Below, piece after piece: positions 1-7,551 of a stretch of DNA of 45,892 bases. Positions within the stretch are counted from its first letter, which is position 1. Every line of letters begins with the position of its first letter. The stretch spans positions 1 through 45,892 of the forward strand of contig JACNJZ010000094.1 in the NCBI GenBank assembly GCA_014382295.1. The letters are read 5' to 3'. The translations under genes and the position numbers were made by a program. The notes under the pieces were generated by a model. That model made no database searches, was not told the DNA's origin, and was given only the letters and a program-made list of their open reading frames with translations. The stretch is from Candidatus Desulfobia pelagia. Its GTDB lineage: Bacteria; Desulfobacterota; Desulfobulbia; Desulfobulbales; SURF-16.

Positions 1-661
1 TTGTTTCCAGGGCAAAAGTGTCAGGGTGACACATACCGCACCCACACCATGTCACATGCTTGGCATGAGAAAAAATAATTTCAGGCAACCCGGGAAGCTT
101 CGGGGTCATCGGCTCATTGCGCATATTGACCATCATCTTATTCTTTTCGAAAGACACGCCTTCAATAAAGTCTTTTGGCGTAATCAACCCTTTTTGGTCG
201 GCTTCTGTCCAGTCAATTTTATTACCGTATCGCGACTTTGGCATTGTCTTCTTCAACTCGAAATACTTCTTTTTTGCAGCATCGGCTTTTAGCTTGGCAT
301 CCTGAGCGTTCTTGATATGACAGTTCTCGCACTTTTTAATGCTAAAGGCCTCTTTACCATCATGGCATGTCCCGCAGTAACGGCCATCCTGATTGTCATC
401 TTCAGAAAGACCGGTTGCATCGATTTCCATGGAAAACTCAATATCAACATGACACAGTCGACAGGAATGTTTGGCCCTGTGATTCCAATGTCTGAAAACT
501 ACAGCATCCTTATCTCCCTTCTTGCTGAACTGATCCATGAGAACGTTGCCATACTCATAACTTTTGGCAGGAGAGGCCTCAAGCTGTTGTGCCATTGCCA
601 ATACAAATAAAGAGACTACACATAATTGAACAACTCGAAACACAGTGCTACCATTCGTCAT
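1..661 (-). CDS. Exported c7-type (tandem triheme) multiheme cytochrome c; 3' end runs off the window edge; absent from the ORF track
   Basis: Manual translation from ATG 661 (GGAG SD upstream): MTNGSTVFRVVQLCVVSLFVLAMAQQLEA (signal-like), then VVFRHWNHRAKHSCRLCH, YCGTCHDG, KCENCH and IIFSHAKHVTWCGCGMCHPD. Two F-x-H-x-x-H c7 domain starts, 4 CxxCH visible, no stop before base 1. Confidence 0.88.
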   Translation of the reverse strand, partial: MTNGSTVFRVVQLCVVSLFVLAMAQQLEASPAKSYEYGNVLMDQFSKKGDKDAVVFRHWNHRAKHSCRLCHVDIEFSMEIDATGLSEDDNQDGRYCGTCHDGKEAFSIKKCENCHIKNAQDAKLKADAAKKKYFELKKTMPKSRYGNKIDWTEADQKGLITPKDFIEGVSFEKNKMMVNMRNEPMTPKLPGLPEIIFSHAKHVTWCGCGMCHPDTFALET

Positions 662-828
662 AATCTATCTCCACAATGAATTAGAGGATGTTTTTATCCA
701 GATCAAAGGACCTGCTCTTCAAAACACCCAGGCAACTTATCATTTCACGAACCTTAAAGAAGACATCGTCAAAATCAGGTAAGACTTTAATGCGAAAAAT
801 TAAAAAAAGACGACACGGGTATCTTTTG

Positions 829-1230
829 CTATTTTTCCGGCGAATTTGAATCAACGGAGCTGAAGATACGCTTCCACACGTCGCACTTTTTGCAGATTGT
901 AATTTTATCAACCCAGCTTTTCTGGGATGCACATTCACATATTGTCCCATTAATAAACCAGCAGAGATTCCCTGACTGGTATTCATATGCAGGACAATTT
1001 TTTTTCAGATCCGGCGGGCATTTTTTCACATCCCAGCAATTTTTAGTGTCTACTCCTCCTCTTCTTTTTGAGAAAAGAAAATAAAGCTGCCGTTCAACAT
1101 GAGGAGGAATATTTCTCCACCCCTGCTCGTAACTGCTCACAGACTTCACTGAGACACCGAGCAGCTCTGCCAGTTCCTTCTGGGTTTTGCCGAGCTGTTT
1201 CCTCATTTTTGTAAATAATAGTTTTTCCAT
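829..1230 (-). CDS. XRE-family HTH transcriptional regulator with C-terminal Cys-rich two-CW domain
   Basis: RKQLGKTQKELAELLGVSVKSVSSYEQG HTH; NCWDVKKC..CPAY..LCWFINGTIC..CKKC (8 Cys). Confidence 0.85.
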   Translation of the reverse strand: MEKLLFTKMRKQLGKTQKELAELLGVSVKSVSSYEQGWRNIPPHVERQLYFLFSKRRGGVDTKNCWDVKKCPPDLKKNCPAYEYQSGNLCWFINGTICECASQKSWVDKITICKKCDVWKRIFSSVDSNSPEK

Positions 1231-1594
1231 GTCTTGTGCTTCCTCTGCTAGTAGTGATCACCGAAACAGGTTTTGTGTAATGTCACAAAATATATTACCA
1301 CATTGTTCCCCCGCCAACAATACAAATCAAACCCCAAACCAGGCAATTAAGCAACACTTTTTGGTAACTATTCAGCAGCACCCCATCTACACACGATCAG
1401 GCCTTATCGCATATGGATATATAGCTCGGCGGCCTGCTTGTGCATACCTGGAGCACTGCTGAATAGTTACAGATCTATAGTTTTCGAAACTATAAGCTTT
1501 TTCGCTGAATAATTACACTTTTTTGTGACAATTTAGCGTCAGGCAAAAACGGTGGAAAAACCACAGCCTTGAGATGTTCACCGCCACTGACTCC

Positions 1595-2071
1595 TTACTC
1601 CTTTTTTTTATAAAAGAAGACGGTGTACGGCTCCGGGTCTCTCACCTGCTCCGAACGGACAATAACATATTGATTTTCCTCAAGTTCCGGGAAAAAAGTA
1701 TCCCCAGCCACCTCACGATCAAGAACGGTGAGAATACACCCGGTCGCCCTTTCCAGCCCAAGGCGGTACAGTTGTGCCCCGCCAATGATAAACACCTGTT
1801 CCGCAGCTCCGCACAAATCGAGAGCTTTTTCAAGACTCCCTGCAATTTCGCAGCCAGGGGCAATGTAGGCATTATTCCGGGTAATCACAATATTTCTGCG
1901 GCCGGGTAGAGGCCGTCCAATTGACTCGTAGGTCTTGCGTCCCATCAAAAGGACATGTCCCCAGGTTATTTCCTTAAAACGCTGCTGCTCGCCTGGAATA
2001 TGCCAGGGGATATCATTATCTCGGCCAATGACACGGTTGGCAGCCATGGCTGCTATAAGGATAATTTCCAT
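1595..2071 (-). CDS. folA: Dihydrofolate reductase
   Basis: IAAMAANRVIG..IPWHIPGE, MGRKTYESIGRPLPGRRNIV, FIIGGAQLY, GDTFFP. Confidence 0.96.
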   Translation of the reverse strand: MEIILIAAMAANRVIGRDNDIPWHIPGEQQRFKEITWGHVLLMGRKTYESIGRPLPGRRNIVITRNNAYIAPGCEIAGSLEKALDLCGAAEQVFIIGGAQLYRLGLERATGCILTVLDREVAGDTFFPELEENQYVIVRSEQVRDPEPYTVFFYKKKE

Positions 2072-2658
2072 CTGTTGTCCTGATATAAAACATGCAGGGG
2101 ATCGCTGAAAAAAACATCCGGGTTGTTTTCCATTCCCCAGTGAAACGATTCTACCGGAAACCCTTCAGAAAGCCAAATGGTGGATATGTGCAGATGAGAA
2201 GGCATGGGCCTTTTTTTGAGTGCCCTATCTGCTATTGCCGCTATTTTTCCCGAATACTTCACTTCTGCGCCACCGGCAATATGAGGCAAAGGATCCACAT
2301 GCCCGTACAGGCTGTAAAGCTGCAGATTATTTTCATCAAAAATTCCATGCTGCAGCAGTATGGTGCGGCCAATTAAATCATCAAAGACACTGACAACTTT
2401 ACCGTCATACAGTGGAGGAACGAATATGCCGGGAGCAAGAGACTTTCTTATCCCCTGATCTGTCATGTAAAAACAGAAGTCAACTCCCTCATGGGGATGG
2501 GTCCTGTTTCCTCCGTCCTCCCACCACTTCTCTGTCTCTCCGAATTGCATTCCCTTTTTAAAATGCCATGCGGCAAAACCATCTTCACCGGAAAGCCTGT
2601 TGAGTGAGAGAAAAACCTCTGTGAATGCCGATGGCGGTATGTCGCTGATACTCTTCAT
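2053..2658 (-). CDS. M23/LytM-like metallopeptidase domain protein
   Basis: HEGVD (HxxxD), YSLYGHV and SHLH (HxH) Zn-ligand motifs; no signal peptide; overlaps folA by 19 bp. Confidence 0.7.
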   Translation of the reverse strand: MKSISDIPPSAFTEVFLSLNRLSGEDGFAAWHFKKGMQFGETEKWWEDGGNRTHPHEGVDFCFYMTDQGIRKSLAPGIFVPPLYDGKVVSVFDDLIGRTILLQHGIFDENNLQLYSLYGHVDPLPHIAGGAEVKYSGKIAAIADRALKKRPMPSHLHISTIWLSEGFPVESFHWGMENNPDVFFSDPLHVLYQDNRWKLSL

Positions 2659-2661
2659 GAC

Positions 2662-3399
2662 TTATAGAGACAAGGCCTCTGCCAGCGCTGTCATTGTTTC
2701 AGAAAATCCTGCGGCAAAACTTATTTCAGCCATCCCCGACAAAGCCAGCTCCTTATTAATCTCTATAATGGAGCCACCGCCATGACGCACACGACCTGGA
2801 ATCATGGAGGCAGGGACCACCTGGCAGGATGTGCCGGCAACAAGAAGCAGGTCAGCACCTCGCAAAAGATCTTCTGTCTGCTGCAGAGCAAGAACAGGAA
2901 TCTGCTCATCAAAAAAGACGACATCAGGCTTCAAAATGGCAGAACAGGTTTCACATTCCGGGGGAAGCGCCATGCGGTGCACTTCATCCAGCTCATATTT
3001 CCTGCCGCACTCCAGACAGGTGAACGCGCGTATTGAGCCATGGAACTCGACAACTGTATGGCTTCCTGCCTTCTGGTGCAGCATATCAATGTTCTGGGTT
3101 ATTATACCCTTCAGGATACCGGACTTTTCAAACTCAGCCATAGCCATATGACCCGCATTAGGCTCCGCATCGGCAATACCAATGAGTTCCCTCAGCATAT
3201 TCCACACCTTCCGGGGGTCCTCTTCAAAAGCGCCTAATGTCCCGTATTCCATAGGATCAAAACGGGCCCAGAGTCCTCCGGCACTGCGAAAATCGGGTAT
3301 CCCGCTCTCAGTACTGACACCGGCCCCGGTCAAAGCAACAGTCTTTCGGCTTTGACGCAGCATTCTGGCTGCTTTCTCTATCGCCTTTTCCCTCTCCAT
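2662..3399 (-). CDS. cobB: NAD-dependent protein deacylase (sirtuin)
   Basis: TGAGVSTESGIPDFR, TQNIDMLHQKAG, HGS, CxxC..CxxC Zn site, LKPDVVFF, GTS. Confidence 0.95.
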   Translation of the reverse strand: MEREKAIEKAARMLRQSRKTVALTGAGVSTESGIPDFRSAGGLWARFDPMEYGTLGAFEEDPRKVWNMLRELIGIADAEPNAGHMAMAEFEKSGILKGIITQNIDMLHQKAGSHTVVEFHGSIRAFTCLECGRKYELDEVHRMALPPECETCSAILKPDVVFFDEQIPVLALQQTEDLLRGADLLLVAGTSCQVVPASMIPGRVRHGGGSIIEINKELALSGMAEISFAAGFSETMTALAEALSL

Positions 3400-3412
3400 A
3401 TTTCCTTCTCCG

Positions 3413-4513
3413 TTACGCCCCTGTTGTCAAGTGATCGCCAAGCCCCTTATGGGAAGAGAGAGTCCCATCTTCCCCATACAGGAAATGTAACGTTGCCAGC
3501 ATATTCGGCGGCCTGTAGTTTCGATCCATGTGCATTCTGTCGACTACACTATGATGCAAAACAGGATACTCTTCAGAAATTTCATCATTTTTATTAACCC
3601 TTACCCACCGACTGGCCAGTGTCGCCCTGGCAACAGGAAACCATCTGTCCTTCGGGTGCATTATACCAACAGGGGAAGGCTTGAGGGTGATATCGTCCGG
3701 TTCAACGGCACAGGGCTCGCCTGCATTTCTCAAATTGGCGTAGTCTATATCTTTCGGAGCGATACTTTCCAGGCCAAGATTCCGTTTTTTTATTTCCCTG
3801 AGAACAAAATCCAGCGCGATATCAGAGAGGCCGTCATGGAAAAAACCACCGCCAACATCGCCGTGGGACCCTGGAAACCATATCTCTGTCACCCTCTGGT
3901 CCTTATTCATCAATGTCGGCTGAAAAGCGATCCTGTTTTCATCCAGAGCCACCAGGTGAAGGGCTTCCTGGACCCCGGCCGCCACGGTGTTATTTTCAAA
4001 CACCACATCCGACACCGGCTTTTCATCGTCATCAAGGTTAGGCAGGCCAAGGGAGGCCACCGTATCAAAAACAGCAAGAAATCGAATTGCGGGTATTGCT
4101 TTTACCCCGTGCAAACCTTTCTGATGGAGGATGGCGGCAAAACGCCGGGCCAGCGCCGCCCCCCGGGAAAAACCAAACAGATAGACAGAATCGCCATCCT
4201 GCCAAATTTCCGACAAATCCTTCCGGGCCCTGTTCAATATCCTTCCGACATCCAGATTTTCCGGAGCAAACACCACATTAAACAACCTCTGCAAATGATT
4301 GCCATACGTGCCGACACCAGAATAATACAGGCCGTGCTGCCTTTCATTCTGTGCCTTGTTCAGCATATTGCCGCCGAGCAGAAGATGCAGTTTGACAATA
4401 TTGGTGATACTGCTGTCCTCTATCCTGCCAAGCCCAAACCACTCCCGTTCCTGCTCAGCATCTTTCGGATGGTTATTTGTTCCATCAAAACAGATGGTGA
4501 TTTTTTTACCCAT
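3413..4513 (-). CDS. DUF2235 alpha/beta hydrolase (Tle1 phospholipase-like catalytic domain)
   Basis: ICFDGTNN, YYSGVGT, FGFSRGAALAR nucleophile motif, VFDTV, ALDENR, WFPGSHGDVGGG. Confidence 0.9.
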   Translation of the reverse strand: MGKKITICFDGTNNHPKDAEQEREWFGLGRIEDSSITNIVKLHLLLGGNMLNKAQNERQHGLYYSGVGTYGNHLQRLFNVVFAPENLDVGRILNRARKDLSEIWQDGDSVYLFGFSRGAALARRFAAILHQKGLHGVKAIPAIRFLAVFDTVASLGLPNLDDDEKPVSDVVFENNTVAAGVQEALHLVALDENRIAFQPTLMNKDQRVTEIWFPGSHGDVGGGFFHDGLSDIALDFVLREIKKRNLGLESIAPKDIDYANLRNAGEPCAVEPDDITLKPSPVGIMHPKDRWFPVARATLASRWVRVNKNDEISEEYPVLHHSVVDRMHMDRNYRPPNMLATLHFLYGEDGTLSSHKGLGDHLTTGA

Positions 4514-4612
4514 TTTCCGGTCCTGCTTTTTTTATACTATTTTTTTCTTTGGCCCCCTTGCATATAAATGTATATATTATCTTATACATTAAGTTAAACA
4601 AGGGGTAAAAAA

Positions 4613-5050
4613 ATGGACCGATTCAAAAAATTTCCGTTTGGCAACATTAATGATATTGAAAAAGAGTTCGGGCGCATCGTACGTGACCTGTCATCTCATC
4701 GTTTGTTTCCCTTCCAGACCACCAGCCAGACACCCGCAACCGATATTTATGAAACCTCGGATGAGTATATCATCTACATGGAAATCCCCGGTGTTGACCC
4801 AAATGAAATCTCCGTCATGGCCACCGCTGCCAGTGTCACTATTTCAGGTGAGCGCACTAAACCTTCTTTTACCGACACAATATGTATTCACCAGCTTGAA
4901 GTGGAGAATGGTCATTTCGAACGCTCCATACATCTTCCGGAAGCCATTGATGCCGATGCAACATCATCAACCTGCAAGAATGGCTGCCTCCTGATCCGTA
5001 TGCCCAAGAAAAAAATCCAGACCCAAATCAAAGTAAATATCGAAGGATAA
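4613..5050 (+). CDS. Small heat-shock protein (Hsp20/alpha-crystallin)
   Basis: PATDIYET, EIPGV, ISGER, GHFERSIHLP, NGCLLIRMPK; AAGGGG SD. Confidence 0.93.
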   Translation: MDRFKKFPFGNINDIEKEFGRIVRDLSSHRLFPFQTTSQTPATDIYETSDEYIIYMEIPGVDPNEISVMATAASVTISGERTKPSFTDTICIHQLEVENGHFERSIHLPEAIDADATSSTCKNGCLLIRMPKKKIQTQIKVNIEG

Positions 5051-5058
5051 GGCCTGCA

Positions 5059-7446
5059 ATGAGTGAAGATAAAAGCGAAGAAAAACAGGAAACAAAAAAA
5101 AGCTCCTCTGATCTAGAAAAAATAATTGTACCCGCCGAGCTTCCCATTCTGCCGCTCCATGGCTTTGTTTTTTTTCCAGGCATGGGCTTTCCCCTCCAGA
5201 TAAAAAGTGATTCGGCCAAAAAACTGATTGACGATATTCTGCTCGGTGACAGGCTCCTCGGACTTTTCACACATAAACCCGCCGCCAGTGAGGAAGAACA
5301 GAACACCCCCCCGGAGGGAGCCATTGAAGAACACCTCTATTCCATCGGCGTAATGGGATATATCCACAAACTGATTAAAGGGCCGGAAAACACCTATCAT
5401 GTTCTGACCAGCGGCCTTAAAAAAGTTCATATCACCACATACACCCAATCGGAACCCTACCTGAAAGCCGAGGTTGAAGAACTTGAACTGATTGAAGAAA
5501 CAGGGAAAGAAATCGAAGCGTTTGACCTTAACCTCCGCACCCAGTTCAAAAAACTGGCTGAGCTGACCATGCTGCCCGCCGAGGTCAGCCTTACCGCGGA
5601 ATCTATCATCAGTCCTTCTTTTACCGCCTATCTCATTGCCTCCATGCTCCATCTCCCCATTGAGGAAGAACAGGCAATTCTGGAAATAGCCAACTTGAAA
5701 GGACTGCTGCACAGAGTAACCGCTGACCTGAATAAACGGCTGGAAACAGCTAAAATGAGCCAGAAGATTCAGAAGTCCGCCAAAGACGATATCGACAAAA
5801 AACAGCGGGAATTCTTCCTTCGCGAGCAGATGAATGCCATCAAAAAAGAATTGGGAGAAGACAAGGACAACGTTGAGATTGTTGAACTGAGAGCCAAATT
5901 AGCAAAAGCCAAACTAAGCACAGAAGCAAAAGAAGTGGCGGAGAAGGAACTGAACAGGCTGGAGCGTATCCCGCCCTCGTCTCCCGAATACACGGTTTCA
6001 AGAAACTATCTTGACTGGCTGCTGGATCTTCCCTGGGAATTTTCAACAGAAGATAATATCGACATCAATAAGGCCAAAGAGGATCTCGACAAAGATCATT
6101 ACGGTCTGGAACGCATCAAAAAACGCATCATAGAATTTCTTGCCGTCCGCAAACTCAAACAGGACATGCACGGCCCGATTCTCTGTTTTGCCGGTCCTCC
6201 TGGCACAGGCAAGACATCTCTCGGGCAATCAATTGCGCGGACAATGGGAAGAAAATTTGTCCGCCTGTCTCTGGGCGGCGTTCGTGATGAGGCCGAAATA
6301 CGCGGTCACCGCCGTACTTATATCGGCGCCCTTCCCGGCCGGATCATCCAGAGCCTTCGCAAAGCCGGTTCCAACAACCCGCTTTTCATGCTTGATGAAA
6401 TCGACAAACTGGGCACCGATTTCCGGGGTGACCCGTCCTCGGCTCTTCTGGAAGTGCTTGATCCAGAGCAGAACTCCACCTTCAGCGATCATTACATGGA
6501 AGTTCCCTTTGATCTCTCCAAGGTCATGTTCATCACCACCGCCAATATGCTGGACACCATTCCTCCGCCCCTGCGTGACAGAATGGAAACCATCACCCTG
6601 TCAGGCTATACTGATGATGAAAAACTTCATATCGCCAAAAGACATCTTCTCGAAAAAGAACTTGACGCCCATGGCCTGACTGCCGACGACCTGACCTTCA
6701 CCGATGACAGTATCAGGGCTATTATCCGTTCTTATACCCGTGAGGCCGGTGTGCGAAACATTGAAAGAAAACTGGCCGGAGTCTGCCGCGGGGCTGCCAG
6801 CAAAATTGCCGCAGGTGAACCCGGGCCTTTCAATATCAACGTCGAAGATCTCGAAGATTTCCTAGGGCCGGTTGAGTTTTTCCCGGAAACAATGGCCCAC
6901 TCCTGGGGGCCCGGTCTGGCAACCGGCCTTGCCTGGACCCCGGTGGGCGGAGAACTCCTTTTTATCGAATCAGCCCAGATGAAGGGAAAAGGAGAATTAA
7001 AACTGACAGGAAAACTGGGCGATGTCATGAAAGAGTCCGCCAGTGCAGCCCTCACTTATATCCAGGCCCATTCACAGGAACTCGGTATTGACGAGGACCT
7101 TTTTGCCAAAAAAGACATCCACATCCATGTCCCCGAAGGAGCCACCCCCAAAGACGGACCGTCTGCAGGTGTTGCCATGGTCGTCTCCCTCACCTCACTT
7201 CTCACCGGCAGGCCGGTGCGTAAAGATGTGGCGATGACCGGGGAAATTACCCTGCGTGGTGATGTCCTGCCTGTGGGGGGAGTGAAAGACAAGGTCCTGG
7301 CCGCAGTACGATCCGGCATCACCGACATCATTTTGCCCGCACTCAACAAAAAAGATATTTCCGAGTTGCGTGAAAATGTCAGGGAAACAATTACCTTTCA
7401 TTATACGACCGACATCAAGGAAGCTTTGAAAGTGGCTATTCCTTAG
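5059..7446 (+). CDS. lon: ATP-dependent protease La
   Basis: LON N-domain, GPPGTGKTS Walker A, LDEIDK Walker B, PKDGPSAG catalytic Ser, VGGVKDK. Confidence 0.98.
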   Translation: MSEDKSEEKQETKKSSSDLEKIIVPAELPILPLHGFVFFPGMGFPLQIKSDSAKKLIDDILLGDRLLGLFTHKPAASEEEQNTPPEGAIEEHLYSIGVMGYIHKLIKGPENTYHVLTSGLKKVHITTYTQSEPYLKAEVEELELIEETGKEIEAFDLNLRTQFKKLAELTMLPAEVSLTAESIISPSFTAYLIASMLHLPIEEEQAILEIANLKGLLHRVTADLNKRLETAKMSQKIQKSAKDDIDKKQREFFLREQMNAIKKELGEDKDNVEIVELRAKLAKAKLSTEAKEVAEKELNRLERIPPSSPEYTVSRNYLDWLLDLPWEFSTEDNIDINKAKEDLDKDHYGLERIKKRIIEFLAVRKLKQDMHGPILCFAGPPGTGKTSLGQSIARTMGRKFVRLSLGGVRDEAEIRGHRRTYIGALPGRIIQSLRKAGSNNPLFMLDEIDKLGTDFRGDPSSALLEVLDPEQNSTFSDHYMEVPFDLSKVMFITTANMLDTIPPPLRDRMETITLSGYTDDEKLHIAKRHLLEKELDAHGLTADDLTFTDDSIRAIIRSYTREAGVRNIERKLAGVCRGAASKIAAGEPGPFNINVEDLEDFLGPVEFFPETMAHSWGPGLATGLAWTPVGGELLFIESAQMKGKGELKLTGKLGDVMKESASAALTYIQAHSQELGIDEDLFAKKDIHIHVPEGATPKDGPSAGVAMVVSLTSLLTGRPVRKDVAMTGEITLRGDVLPVGGVKDKVLAAVRSGITDIILPALNKKDISELRENVRETITFHYTTDIKEALKVAIP

Positions 7447-7485
7447 TTCTCTCCAGAAATTTCCACATCCAGTCGTTGCTTAACT

Positions 7486-7528
7486 AAAAAAAGCGGCGGA
7501 GAGGTTACCCTCTTCCACCGCTTTTTTT
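7486..7528. terminator. Bidirectional intrinsic terminator between convergent lon and the selenoprotein gene
   Basis: A7-GCGGCGGAGAGG-TTAC-CCTCTTCCACCGC-T7. Confidence 0.85.
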
Positions 7529-7551
7529 ATCAGCTATCGATGAGCGCTATG

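Noticed and set aside
26-610. Three short + strand ORFs at the window start
   Set aside because: Antisense to the real - strand cytochrome c gene.
2662-3399. Sirtuin as an anti-phage SIR2 effector
   Set aside because: It is a canonical Zn-binding CobB-type deacylase with no defence partner genes.
3530-4567. 345-aa + strand ORF
   Set aside because: Antisense shadow of the DUF2235 gene with no recognisable motifs.
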